Origin: Candidatus Omnitrophota bacterium
GTDB taxonomy: Bacteria; Omnitrophota; Gorgyraeia; Zapsychrales; Zapsychraceae
Direction: 5' to 3'
DNA length: 64,000 bases
Assembly (NCBI GenBank): GCA_050250375.1
Contig: JBFWOS010000003.1
Coordinates: 273,284-337,283, forward strand
Position numbers and translations under genes: made by a program. Below the pieces are notes generated by a model that saw only the letters and a list, made by a program, of their open reading frames with translations, searched no databases and was not told where the DNA came from. This document shows positions 38,701 to 46,381 of this stretch, one piece after another (within the stretch, counting starts at the first letter, position 1; each line of letters begins with the position of its first letter).

Positions 38701-39041
38701 CACAGTTCATCGACCGGAACGGTTAATGTCGTAAGAAAATATTTAATGAGCGTGTCCGCATCCTGCCGGCTGATTGTTTCCTGATCACCGGAATCGATCA
38801 TAAAATCAATCTCAAAGGGGTTCTGGGGATAAACCCTGATCGCCCTTAAAACAGGATATTGCACCGCGGCCGACGAAGTTATGAGCGTTCCCGGGCTGGT
38901 GAGCATCAACTGGCTGGCCTGAGCCAGGTCGGAAACCAAGACGTTGAATGTAAAACAGTGCAGAAGCACCAGGCAAATAAACTTAAAACCGCGTGAACGG
39001 CGTATATTTCCCAAAGTACCAGGATTATATTTACTTAACAT
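32787..39041 (-). CDS. giant (2084 aa) membrane-associated protein of unknown function
   Basis: Uninterrupted 6.25-kb ORF. N-terminal signal/TM (FKFICLVLLHCFTFNVLVSDLAQASQ). At least seven further dispersed hydrophobic helices (e.g. IALTGMLVFLTLSNLALL; FFEIVFSVLAMVSFLFVFF; YVVSVLLVLWNLGFLINLFIPFLLAVGSFGL; FIYTVLFFISSVFVIVP; MFSIPILLSGLLFPATIPVIFLSL). A Pro/Glu-rich linker (..PLPRTDIPPIIPEHDLSVEPEVQERTSP..) and a long coiled-coil stretch (ELELDRSKARQQKDLTKKRLHELKKERKSLLDQEKRESLK..). No catalytic motif recognised. Confidence 0.7.
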   Translation of the reverse strand: MLSKYNPGTLGNIRRSRGFKFICLVLLHCFTFNVLVSDLAQASQLMLTSPGTLITSSAAVQYPVLRAIRVYPQNPFEIDFMIDSGDQETISRQDADTLIKYFLTTLTVPVDELWVNLSPYEPSRIIPDQLVKTELGRELLLQDYLLKQLSASMTYPETKLGQEFWSRVYKQIEDRYGLTDIPIHNFNKIWIVPERAVVYEKDNMAFVSETSLDVMLEEDYLAQSRYNEHRQEFRTGLSPDVPADDAEHQDKSNQIAAQIIKEIILPELKKEVNEGEHFASLRQVYYSLILALWYKSHLKRNIITELYGDQNKIKGIDSGRVEIKEEVYEQYIQALKMGVYNYVKEDLDENQSVIPRKYFSGGFSFKNPSQWLSFRSVSQYGGSVINLLDKLKKKLTLTKIQLKPIGVSASELIRSYQSKENSEPGTSSDYQFPWRFKLFSGLPAHFKKPIALTGMLVFLTLSNLALLSQASAATYTNDQQGNLVIQVEQGDTMGEILQDIRRSYRKHDRANFRQSEFSKPFWVEGGAVDYLTNTIVPNPDNPDLILTNQTFKMARGILPELVQQRLTGQPLPLLQALPDLSGGASPERAEGERQMQPLPRTDIPPIIPEHDLSVEPEVQERTSPIMDEREPVTDRTPETPKQGFFQRFFEIVFSVLAMVSFLFVFFQNRKGKERSETSKESFLRTFSDYLKGGQKNHFTLFLKEALMSKRTAFEQISAELKGEEVIVTLRAKNALNGRKHSKQETADAVASAFKSKDIRILANRGKPTELKLSNVEVKTTSIKLHLVLSRKDWKKGVRFKSGDPLSVSFRIRGEKFDAFEIPLVEERLQEFLDQFRATLAADKLYEHQQELELDRSKARQQKDLTKKRLHELKKERKSLLDQEKRESLKVSMLEGELRRAQRAHELAKDQSKRLKEIMSLEEWVLKMRRFREENPVVFKDVRGKSVETNFYLQELSIGMLERMKKENNVSEIFKQYFRETALQYTVIARLKGHNATLDTNQSLFLPTRDDLSFRLFHYPLDKWSRMISLSELAFGRAKRKALTAITDYYNSRRSLDRLEEEILGEENYVAGKSYSLENLQREFYTFTDGLEKPFPDSITGHDIWRRRAYVVSVLLVLWNLGFLINLFIPFLLAVGSFGLTRLIVPNSFIFATEREYQKKLNKLKSMDPRADINGIKAESSKISVKGEFLNYFSRHFMPKSKGWTPLFRLKSSRFYDVKTVRVNGHVELRIFAESFFRNKRSMLQNIQTAFVNNSQGTAAGGDDPRLKLYLIEEGRRVEVEPDRVSVDHHPTGIRINVQDVPAGVEALGIGFQPQGQDQKTVEIAVSKDGFIDLMNEWDQFKENPERLDLEPLNRLVTRIQQFMDSSDLKIGDFKKNAGYYNEIREYALDSYMVLTRANSPDLLKYQEYFLTLAQYANQVRLLMASFTGLYVLKSQFQEAKSRFLWKPFGITLAAKLRDFFGVTSLYEWSSNDVLVTIDEMSDTLKDLEIAQAKIISSSQPPIFRAALYERKLKNLRDEHDSIDSSYQYLPQHSLATGSDLHQRNFSMAMKFIYTVLFFISSVFVIVPTLDLVLEKLGLPSFPDITITEVFTTPEVFGLSLASLSIVYFIVISRILPYLAYMEPDEEFSFFENIIERFRNDKNISEEERNKLDEKMKNYLTKNRKMFSIPILLSGLLFPATIPVIFLSLEVKFALRKIRRERMTKAMEDETLKKTQFHDKVSVKSNRLINPLSQTIYTGPHVTISYEGQRQFYSESNKKPSVTYMKVYDAQLSPEGEDIFREAASGSDGKFILATDEEILNGRFETTIGGEPVEAVITRNVPPVLKQFDQLGMAERYRLFSAVPHKTVYDDRGDALERFGEVRVTVKSRVRFMVDGKLLLMRHGPVKTGKPVQYNTIGGGLELNEGDRKRLEQLGAHDFEVDQHNDSILDWRFIIPVKNLGALEKLIDEQQPHLAHFGKELIEELTMETDLLTQEKFGYVFGDMAVLANTNSDGVLRYSDFEKETAEDLQQSSAKKGGIDLRNTESKVMTIQSNTIDTSPLTVPAVPLINFQGMEFNIIQFTPMINPGLFLMGYSETDKDLMVKK

Positions 39042-39074
39042 TTATCAGAACTCTTTCATAAGTTATTTAAGCTA

Positions 39075-39098
39075 AACAAATATTAATATATGTTTGTT
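39075..39098. promoter_or_regulatory. imperfect palindrome AACAAATAT-TAAT-ATATGTTTGTT ~35 nt upstream of the giant ORF start, candidate operator
   Basis: Arms aacaaatat / atatgtttgtt are near reverse complements. It sits in the AT-rich promoter region of the minus-strand giant gene. Confidence 0.3.
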
Positions 39099-39184
39099 AA
39101 ATACTTATGAATGGAAGGTGAACTTCTGGGAAAAATCCTGTGACATTTTTCGTCGGCGGGAATACGATAAGTGCATCCATCATT

Positions 39185-39586
39185 CTATGACGGGGAATCG
39201 GTTTTATCCGTTAGCGGTTTCAGTATTTTGACGATTTCCCTGTCTTCATCAATAAACGAAAATTCGTGCATACGTCCGGGGTCAATCCAACTGATTTCCG
39301 AATGCACACGAAGTTCCGGAAGGCCTTCGGCCCATTGGGCCTGAAAGGCATACAAGACCATATTTCGGCCTCTAAAATATCCTTCTATCTTGCCCAAAAG
39401 TTTCTCGACCTTAACAATGATATTTAATTCCTCTTTCATTTCACGGACAAGACATTGTTCCGGCGTTTCCCCGGATTCGATGTGTCCTCCGGGAAACTCC
39501 CAAAACTGGTCTTTGCTGCGTTTGGCGATGAGGATATGCCCTTCTTTCCAGATAACTCCAGCGGTGGCTATTTTCAGCATATTCAT
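39185..39586 (-). CDS. NUDIX hydrolase (MutT-like)
   Basis: 133 aa. Nudix box GGHIESGETPEQCLVREMKEELNI (GX5EX7REUXEEXGU). Confidence 0.8.
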   Translation of the reverse strand: MNMLKIATAGVIWKEGHILIAKRSKDQFWEFPGGHIESGETPEQCLVREMKEELNIIVKVEKLLGKIEGYFRGRNMVLYAFQAQWAEGLPELRVHSEISWIDPGRMHEFSFIDEDREIVKILKPLTDKTDSPS

Positions 39587-39676
39587 ATCTTAGCTCGCTT
39601 TCAGAGTGCTGCCCACTCATAATATTTTTTCGAAAACCTTTGAAACGTCTTTTTTAAATCGAATACCTGATGCACT

Positions 39677-40603
39677 TCACCCGTTAAGAAAGGCCCGATC
39701 GAACGACCGGGCCAGGGTCCGCAAAATTTTTCTTTTTTCCTGATACGTATACCCTACAAAACGGATCGTTGGAGTATTATTGGCATCAACAATATAAATC
39801 CTTTGATCAGACCTGTCCCGGACAATATCCAGTTCCCCGCAATCAAACCCCATCCTCTTGCAAAAAAGAATAATTTTACTGACTTCATCGGAACTGAATA
39901 TCTGGCCGGATTCCGTCAAACCCGCTTTGACCGACATACCGAAACGGTCAGTGATCGATTTATATTTCAGAAAAACCAGCGGAATATCTTTATCAAAAAA
40001 AGGAACCCTGAAATCAACAACATAATTCTCATCATCACGGTTATCAATCAGACGCTGGTAGACCTTTCCTTCTACTTTTTCAATCATCGGGCTCAGAATA
40101 ATTCTTCCATCGTGTTTTCCATTCAAGTTCGATTTTTCCACATACGGACCTTGGAAATCCGACGGATTGATCATCAACCGGTACCCGAATACTTCGTTAA
40201 AGACTTCATCGACGCGATTTTTACTTATATCACGGCAGTTATAATTGAGCATTCTATTTTTTTGGGCCAACCGGTTTAGCCGGTCATCATATTGCCCGAA
40301 TGTTCGGTCCTGCCAATTAATACAGAGATCAATCACCCCGTCCTCAGATGGATTCATGTTCAAACCCAATTCACGACACAACCGAATGATCGTATAATCC
40401 CATGGCATCCGGCAAGGGTGGTCGGGATAAAAAAGAATATTTACTGGTTTTCCGGATAGAATTCTTTGAAATCTTCTAGAAACTTTCGGTTGCCGGAGGA
40501 AGAATCGTTTGGCGGCAGCAGGTAAATTCAGGCTGAATCGCAGTGCTTGTTTAACCGGTTGAGGAAGAATTTTCCTTAAGAAATTCAAGAAAAATTCTTT
40601 CAT
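39677..40603 (-). CDS. ATP-grasp-like protein (possibly TupA-type), unknown substrate
   Basis: 308 aa. The C-terminal ELDIVRDRSDQRIYIVDANNTP resembles the ATP-grasp Mg-binding E/D-x-N strand. Overlaps the upstream OCD-family gene by 4 nt. Assignment by eye only. Confidence 0.45.
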   Translation of the reverse strand: MKEFFLNFLRKILPQPVKQALRFSLNLPAAAKRFFLRQPKVSRRFQRILSGKPVNILFYPDHPCRMPWDYTIIRLCRELGLNMNPSEDGVIDLCINWQDRTFGQYDDRLNRLAQKNRMLNYNCRDISKNRVDEVFNEVFGYRLMINPSDFQGPYVEKSNLNGKHDGRIILSPMIEKVEGKVYQRLIDNRDDENYVVDFRVPFFDKDIPLVFLKYKSITDRFGMSVKAGLTESGQIFSSDEVSKIILFCKRMGFDCGELDIVRDRSDQRIYIVDANNTPTIRFVGYTYQEKRKILRTLARSFDRAFLNG

Positions 40604-41589
40604 TGATTAGCCTTCTTTAATCGATGAAACAGGAAATGACAGATCAGGGCGTCCTGCACGGCCGTTCCTGTTGAAATGAAAAGCACTTTCTCACGCTTTT
40701 TTTTCGTGGATGTTACAATTTTACGAAGTTCAACAATGTCGGTCTTGTCCATCAACCCATCGTCATGCCATCTTTTCATATCCCCAAAATGAATATTCTG
40801 ACGAGATTCACTCACGATAGTCCACTTCCCAGCAAATCCCGGATCAATCTCTGATAAATTATCCGCATCCGCTCCGACACTGGAAATAAAATTGATATCC
40901 CCGGCATCAGAAATTTTCAGTACGGGTTTCCGGGACGTGGTTGACAAAAACAAGGCCGTACTTTGCCGGCAGATCACTTTCATGGTCACCGGCTTGATTT
41001 CCATACTCCTGTCCAACAACTTTTTAAATTCCGAAACTCGTTTTTGATGGTGATCATACACATATATGGTGTCTAACCCGCACCAGCGGGATAAAATAAA
41101 AGCCGTATAATATCCTATTCGGCCCGCTCCCACTACCCCCACCGTTTCCTTCTCTAAAGTACCGGCATGTTTAAAAGCCAGCACACTCAAGGCGGCTGTC
41201 CTGAACGACGAGAGGGCGCAGACATCAAATAAGGCTTCAACAAAATTGTCAGTCGCATTGATCAACATGGCTTTACCAACACAAATTTTATCTGGAACCA
41301 CCCGTTCCTCTTCATTGGTCCCGATCACTTTGACCGCCTTGATGGTCTGTCCTTCAAATGGATGGATGACACAGGGCATGACCCTAAAGTCTCCTTTAAA
41401 GCACCCATTGGTAAAAACTTCCTTTTTCGGCTGGTGAACGAGCTTGGAGTTAATCCGCCACTCCCGATAAAATTTCTCCAGGGTATCCATAAACTCAGGT
41501 GTGTGTTTGACTAAGGCCTCATGAATCTGTCGTTCTCTAAAATATTGGCATGGTTCATCATGCAGACGTAAATGTTTAAAACTGTTCAT
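40600..41589 (-). CDS. ornithine cyclodeaminase/mu-crystallin (OCD) family NAD-dependent enzyme
   Basis: 329 aa. OCD-family blocks ..ALSSFRTAALSVLAFKH.. (compare ..TALRTAA.SALA.K.L) and Rossmann GVVGAGRIGYYTAF. Confidence 0.7.
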   Translation of the reverse strand: MNSFKHLRLHDEPCQYFRERQIHEALVKHTPEFMDTLEKFYREWRINSKLVHQPKKEVFTNGCFKGDFRVMPCVIHPFEGQTIKAVKVIGTNEEERVVPDKICVGKAMLINATDNFVEALFDVCALSSFRTAALSVLAFKHAGTLEKETVGVVGAGRIGYYTAFILSRWCGLDTIYVYDHHQKRVSEFKKLLDRSMEIKPVTMKVICRQSTALFLSTTSRKPVLKISDAGDINFISSVGADADNLSEIDPGFAGKWTIVSESRQNIHFGDMKRWHDDGLMDKTDIVELRKIVTSTKKKREKVLFISTGTAVQDALICHFLFHRLKKANQ

Positions 41590-41612
41590 GGCATAAAGTA
41601 TATCACCCCCTT

Positions 41613-42017
41613 TTGGAAATTCCCAAAATTATGTTAGACTTAATTTCTATGCAAATACACACTCAGAAAAATATTCCACCAAGGCTTAAATTTGGAATTT
41701 TGTTGCTTGCAGTCCAAATAATTTTGATCGTGCTGGCCAGGTTCACTGAAGCTAGGTATTTTTGCTGGGCCCCGCATGATTCACAGAATGACTATGTGCT
41801 TCATGTCACAGTGAACGAACAGCCATTAAGTGCTGATGCCATCTATACCCGTTACCGCCTGTACAAAAATGGACGCGACCCGCGTTCAATCCAGCATGTG
41901 AAAGATGTCTTGTCTCGGTATGAGAAAACCCTCGGGAAAGACCAGCCCGCACAGATCACTTTAACTTACACAACCAACGGCATTAAACAACCAGTATGGA
42001 AATGGCCCATCCCGTAA
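41613..42017 (+). CDS. hypothetical membrane-anchored protein
   Basis: 134 aa, one N-terminal TM (KFGILLLAVQIILIVLARF). Overlaps the next ORF by 22 nt in another frame. Confidence 0.4.
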   Translation: MEIPKIMLDLISMQIHTQKNIPPRLKFGILLLAVQIILIVLARFTEARYFCWAPHDSQNDYVLHVTVNEQPLSADAIYTRYRLYKNGRDPRSIQHVKDVLSRYEKTLGKDQPAQITLTYTTNGIKQPVWKWPIP

Positions 42018-43084
42018 AGAATCCCTTTTCGCTGAATAGTGATGAATTGCCGCCTTCGGTAATTCTAATGGTCAAGGTTATTGCCCTGAGTCTATTGTTA
42101 AAAGGGTATTTGTTCCAGATGTCCGATCACTTTGTCCCACTCGTCCCCATTTTTGATTACTTTGGCCCGCCAGCCCTGTTCCGGTTAATTTTACAAGCAG
42201 TCTTTTTGTTCTCCACCATCTCCATACTCTTCACATATAAAATCCGGTTAAACTGCCTTTTGCTGGGATCTGTCTTCTTAATTGTCCCAATGTCTTCTAT
42301 TGTCAGTTATCTGAACGCAAAAGTTTTTTGCGGATTTATATTTTTAATGGCCGGTCTGCACAGAAAAGGGGAAAATCCCTGGCTTATCCGTTTACAGGTG
42401 TCGTTGGTGTATTTCGGTTCGGGTTTAAATAAGCTGCTTGATCCGGACTGGCTTTCTGGACAATACTTTGAATACTGGATGCATGAAATTATCATTAATA
42501 AAAAATATATTATGGCCGCCTCTTACTTACCTCCTATGTTATTATCCAAACTCATGGGCTGGTTAACCATAATAGGAGAATTTGTGATTTCAGTCTTCTT
42601 AACATCTAAGCGATATTATTCATTAGCGATTTGGATGGGTATATGTTTTCACACGACAGCATTGGTCATGACATGGATGGATTATGGAATTTTTACGATC
42701 GCGATACTAATGTCGTATCTGTGTTTTATCCGTTGGCCGGAAATGATTGAGATTACAGTCAATCCCGACAGGAGTCTTCATATTCTCCTAAAAAATATTC
42801 TTTCTAGAATGGATTGTGACAAAAGGATCATCTGGCGGGAAGCAACCGATCCGACATTATCCGTTACAGTGAATAAAATCATCTTCCGAGGGTTTATCGG
42901 GTTTAAAAAAATTGTTCTTTATTCTCCGGTATTTTATTTTTTGATGGCCATTCTCTTGAGTGGAACACAGGGGTATGTCAATTCGTTTCAAATCAGGATG
43001 GTTGAACTGATATTTTTATTTTTTCTTCCGGTTCCTGAAATGATTAGTTTATCTCAAAAATATAAACGAACTGTTTTCACTTAA
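41996..43084 (+). CDS. multi-pass membrane protein, HTTM-like N-terminal region with a DUF393/DCC-like C-terminal tail lacking the CxxC
   Basis: 362 aa. ~7 TM helices, then a soluble segment (..RMDCDKRIIWREATDP..KIIFRGFIGFKKIVLYSP..) reminiscent of the DCC thiol-disulfide oxidoreductase fold but without its CxxC. Tentative. Confidence 0.4.
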   Translation: MEMAHPVKNPFSLNSDELPPSVILMVKVIALSLLLKGYLFQMSDHFVPLVPIFDYFGPPALFRLILQAVFLFSTISILFTYKIRLNCLLLGSVFLIVPMSSIVSYLNAKVFCGFIFLMAGLHRKGENPWLIRLQVSLVYFGSGLNKLLDPDWLSGQYFEYWMHEIIINKKYIMAASYLPPMLLSKLMGWLTIIGEFVISVFLTSKRYYSLAIWMGICFHTTALVMTWMDYGIFTIAILMSYLCFIRWPEMIEITVNPDRSLHILLKNILSRMDCDKRIIWREATDPTLSVTVNKIIFRGFIGFKKIVLYSPVFYFLMAILLSGTQGYVNSFQIRMVELIFLFFLPVPEMISLSQKYKRTVFT

Positions 43085-43698
43085 ACTTCTTTCTTTAAAT
43101 CAAAAATCTTCTCAAGCCAAATAAAACCCAGATAAAAAATGCCGGCCATATATCCGGCAGCATGAGAACCGGGAACGGCCCGGACAGAAAGGTCGGTAAA
43201 GATTGTTTCATGGGTTGACAGTTCAAAAAATATCTTGGCCACCGTTGCCAATAAAATACCCAGACACATCTTTTCTCCGGTCCGTTTATATTGCGTAACG
43301 GCCGCCAAAACCAACATTCCATTTAATGCACCGGACAAACCGCAATAACTGCTGAACTTAGTTTCAATAAAAAACATCCAGCCGCTGACGGCCAGACAGC
43401 TGACAAAGAGGCAGGGCAGGAAATGACGGGGATTATTGAGTTCAATCACCGAACCGATGACGAGAAAAGCCAACAGATCCCACAATAGATGTTGAAAATT
43501 ACAATGCACGAAATGCGCGGTAAACAACCGCCAGAATTCACCCTGCGCGATCAGCGTTTTATCAAACAAAAGACTGTTGAACAAAATTTGTCCGGACAGA
43601 TATAAGCCGATCATGCCCAGGGTTAACATCACAGTCAGCCACGGCACCTTGAGGGTGCCGCGGCTTTTTTCTTTTTGGAATAGATGGATGTTCATCAT
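43081..43698 (-). CDS. short rhomboid-family intramembrane serine protease, rhombosortase-like
   Basis: 205 aa. EFWRLFTAHFVHCNFQHLLWDL (rhomboid helix 2), catalytic GLSGALNG (GxSG) and HAAGYMAG (His). The size and position directly after a GlyGly-CTERM protein fit rhombosortase. Confidence 0.8.
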   Translation of the reverse strand: MMNIHLFQKEKSRGTLKVPWLTVMLTLGMIGLYLSGQILFNSLLFDKTLIAQGEFWRLFTAHFVHCNFQHLLWDLLAFLVIGSVIELNNPRHFLPCLFVSCLAVSGWMFFIETKFSSYCGLSGALNGMLVLAAVTQYKRTGEKMCLGILLATVAKIFFELSTHETIFTDLSVRAVPGSHAAGYMAGIFYLGFIWLEKIFDLKKEV

Positions 43699-43700
43699 AA

Positions 43701-45803
43701 TTAAACCTTATCTTCTTTTCGTTTCCTTAATCCCCATAATAACGGAGAAAACAAGAGCACTGCGCCGGGACCAAACGCCCCGCCGCCACCGGCATACGTA
43801 GGCTGATTTCCACTGAACATCGGTTGCTGCGTATCCACGCGATAAGATTGGGCCGGTTGAGCGGAACGAACCTGACGGGCCTGGTATTCCGTTTTTAATC
43901 GCTGCTGATTACGCCGGTCAATCCCCAATTCCTGATACACCTCTTCTTTTAAAACAATCATGGACGTGTAATCGGTGACCAGTGAATACTCTACACCGAG
44001 ATCCACCACACTTTGTTTCTTGTCGGCAGTCTCGCCAAAATCATCCATTTGCTGGATCAGTTCTTCAATGGACGCGTAAGCCCATAATCGTTCGATCTCC
44101 GGGTTCGTGGTTGCCGCTTCCGGAAAATTAAATCGTGTGGAATAAGATTTATCCAGACCGGAAATCTTCCCCTGCAACGTCACCTCGGCCGGTCCAGATC
44201 CAAAATAGTGGCCGAAAACAATCAACTGTTGTCCTCGGTAAACACTGCCGATGGAGGACGGGTTTATATCCGCGGTTTTAACCCCGTTGATCTTAACCTG
44301 TGCGCCGTGTAACGCCTGAAAATTGACCTTGCTCTGGGCCTCGAGGATTTTTCCGATAATATCATCGGAATTGGAAACATTGATCGCGAAGCCGTTCGTC
44401 TCCCGGGTTAACGCATTCAATAACGGTTCATTCGCGCTATTGCCCATAATGTAAGTAAACAAACGAATGTCGTATTTCTTGATCATTTCAATAAAGCCCT
44501 TTTGTTCCGTCACCCCGACATTGGCAACTCCGTCGGTCACCAGCAAAATGCTGGAGGTGCGGTCAGAGTCTAGGCTTTTTAGTCCAAGTTGAAGGCCCCC
44601 ATAAAGATTGGTCCCGTTATTCGGACTTACGGTAGAAACGGCATTGATGTAATGATTCACATTCTGCGCCGTAGCCGTGACAAAACCGTTCGTCAACTCT
44701 CTCGCCGTATCATTAAACAGGACAATGCGAAACCGGTCTTCGGGTTTCATGGTTTTCAAAGCCCGGGATACCCCCTCGGCCAATGTCGCGTACTTCCCTT
44801 GCATTGAACCGGAAATATCCAGGACAAAAACCCAGTCGCGTCCTTCCACAATCGGCTGTAAATCCATGCCCGGGGTAATTGTCAGCATAAACGTTCCGCG
44901 CTGTGATGTTGCTTCTTTAAAGGCCACGAGGTCAACGCTTCCGGGAAGATTTTCAGCGTGACGATAATAGATGGCGATATCCGTGTCCAGCCTGAAATTC
45001 GGATCAGCCTGGACTGTCGGTAAAGGCGTGTCGTCACCGCTATTACTCTGGTTAATGGTCAGCGTTGAAGGATCCGCTTGAGCACTGCTTGAACGGATAA
45101 GATGGTTGTCCAGGTGGATCATCCATTCACCATTATTGTTTGTTATCTGCGCCTGCGGGTGGTTCGGCAGCCGCACGTCGGCAACCGGGTAGGCAGACTT
45201 TAAAACAAGGTCAAAACTGAATGTCCCGCTGACCTTATCATTGGTCTTCCAAAAGGCCAGGGCCGCGTCATCCACGCCTCCCTCTTCAAGCGGATACAAA
45301 TAACGGCCAATGCCGGTGTCGACATGGGCCGGCTGGATGTAACTGATCCTGACCTTGGTCTGCTGATTGGCCCTGACGGGTGAGACACTCATCTCAAATG
45401 TCTTGTAATCATTTTTTTCGGTTAGCCCGGCATCATTATTTTTTGATTTCTGCTCTTCATAGACTTCGCGGGCTTTTTTCTTTTCGAGGACTTCACCGCT
45501 GATCGGCTTTCCATCAATCCACATCGTAAATTCTGAAACCGCCCCTTTTTTCGGAACAGGGAACGAATAAATGGCCTCAAGATCCTGTCCGTTCGGGTTA
45601 TAAAAAGTCTGGTCAACCGTCGTGATCGCGTAACCGTCTTCAACAACCACATGAACCTGATGATCTTTGATCTGCAATTCGGGCAGACCGGAATCCTTGG
45701 GCGTCAAAAGTCCGGCGGCCTGCGCGGAACCGGTGAGGATCAAGAACATGATACCGGCAGCCAGCCCGCCTCCTCTCCTGAGTTTTGTTTGTTGAGTTTT
45801 CAT
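43701..45803 (-). CDS. secreted VIT-domain + von Willebrand factor A protein with C-terminal GlyGly-CTERM sorting signal
   Basis: 700 aa. Signal peptide. VIT-like N-domain (..VVEDGYAITTVDQTFYNPNGQDLEAIYSFPVPKKGAVSEFTMWIDGK..). vWA with MIDAS DISGSM..T. C-terminus GGGGAFGPGAVLLFSPLLWGLRKRKEDKV (Gly-Gly, hydrophobic helix, basic tail). Stop is 2 nt from the rhombosortase start. Confidence 0.85.
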   Translation of the reverse strand: MKTQQTKLRRGGGLAAGIMFLILTGSAQAAGLLTPKDSGLPELQIKDHQVHVVVEDGYAITTVDQTFYNPNGQDLEAIYSFPVPKKGAVSEFTMWIDGKPISGEVLEKKKAREVYEEQKSKNNDAGLTEKNDYKTFEMSVSPVRANQQTKVRISYIQPAHVDTGIGRYLYPLEEGGVDDAALAFWKTNDKVSGTFSFDLVLKSAYPVADVRLPNHPQAQITNNNGEWMIHLDNHLIRSSSAQADPSTLTINQSNSGDDTPLPTVQADPNFRLDTDIAIYYRHAENLPGSVDLVAFKEATSQRGTFMLTITPGMDLQPIVEGRDWVFVLDISGSMQGKYATLAEGVSRALKTMKPEDRFRIVLFNDTARELTNGFVTATAQNVNHYINAVSTVSPNNGTNLYGGLQLGLKSLDSDRTSSILLVTDGVANVGVTEQKGFIEMIKKYDIRLFTYIMGNSANEPLLNALTRETNGFAINVSNSDDIIGKILEAQSKVNFQALHGAQVKINGVKTADINPSSIGSVYRGQQLIVFGHYFGSGPAEVTLQGKISGLDKSYSTRFNFPEAATTNPEIERLWAYASIEELIQQMDDFGETADKKQSVVDLGVEYSLVTDYTSMIVLKEEVYQELGIDRRNQQRLKTEYQARQVRSAQPAQSYRVDTQQPMFSGNQPTYAGGGGAFGPGAVLLFSPLLWGLRKRKEDKV

Positions 45804-45836
45804 TTTCTGCTCCTCCTTTAAATTAACTGATTAATT

Positions 45837-45853
45837 GTTTACCATTCAACTAT
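45837..45853. promoter_or_regulatory. candidate MarR operator copy 1 (GTTTACCATTCAACTAT) in the promoter region of the VIT-vWA/rhombosortase operon
   Basis: The same 17-mer is found in the marR promoter at 46365-46381. Here it lies between the marR stop (45875) and the vWA gene start (45803). Confidence 0.5.
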
Positions 45854-45874
45854 TTAACCAAAAAAAATGACCGG

Positions 45875-46339
45875 TTATTTCTTTTCAAACCATTCAGTTA
45901 ATAACCCGGCTAACTGCTTTTGTTTATCCTGGTTTAAACCACTAACGGCCTGTTTCAACTGGACCAGATATTTATCCCAGATCCGGGTCAGCAGATCAGC
46001 CCCCTTTTTAGTGATCTTGATCAAATTTACCCTGCGGTCTCCTTCCAATTCCAACCGCATGACCAATCCATCACTTTCCAGTTTATCCAGCATCTTGGTC
46101 ATATTGGACGGAGTAACGATCAAATGTTCGCTGATCTCCACCTGCCGGATACCTTCATCCCCCCCATGGTGCTGAATGGCGATCAGGATATTCAACTTTC
46201 CAATGGAAAGACCATAACTCTTCAGGAAATTGGTGATATCCGTACTAATGACATTATAGAGAAGGGCCAGGGAATATATAATTTCTTCCGGGTATTTCCC
46301 CTCACCTTTTGGTACTCCGAATTTCTTAATATCTGCCAT
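45875..46339 (-). CDS. MarR-family transcriptional regulator
   Basis: 154 aa. Winged-HTH core ..LNILIAIQHHGGDEGIRQVEISEHLIVTPSNMTKMLDKLESDGLVMR..DRRVNLIKITKKG. Confidence 0.8.
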   Translation of the reverse strand: MADIKKFGVPKGEGKYPEEIIYSLALLYNVISTDITNFLKSYGLSIGKLNILIAIQHHGGDEGIRQVEISEHLIVTPSNMTKMLDKLESDGLVMRLELEGDRRVNLIKITKKGADLLTRIWDKYLVQLKQAVSGLNQDKQKQLAGLLTEWFEKK

Positions 46340-46361
46340 TACAATTTCCTTTCACTTGTTG

Positions 46362-46381
46362 ATAGTTTACCATTCAACTAT
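46362..46381. promoter_or_regulatory. candidate MarR operator copy 2: inverted repeat ATAGTT-TACCATTC-AACTAT immediately upstream of marR
   Basis: 6-bp arms are perfect reverse complements. It shares 17 nt with the site at 45837-45853. Confidence 0.5.
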
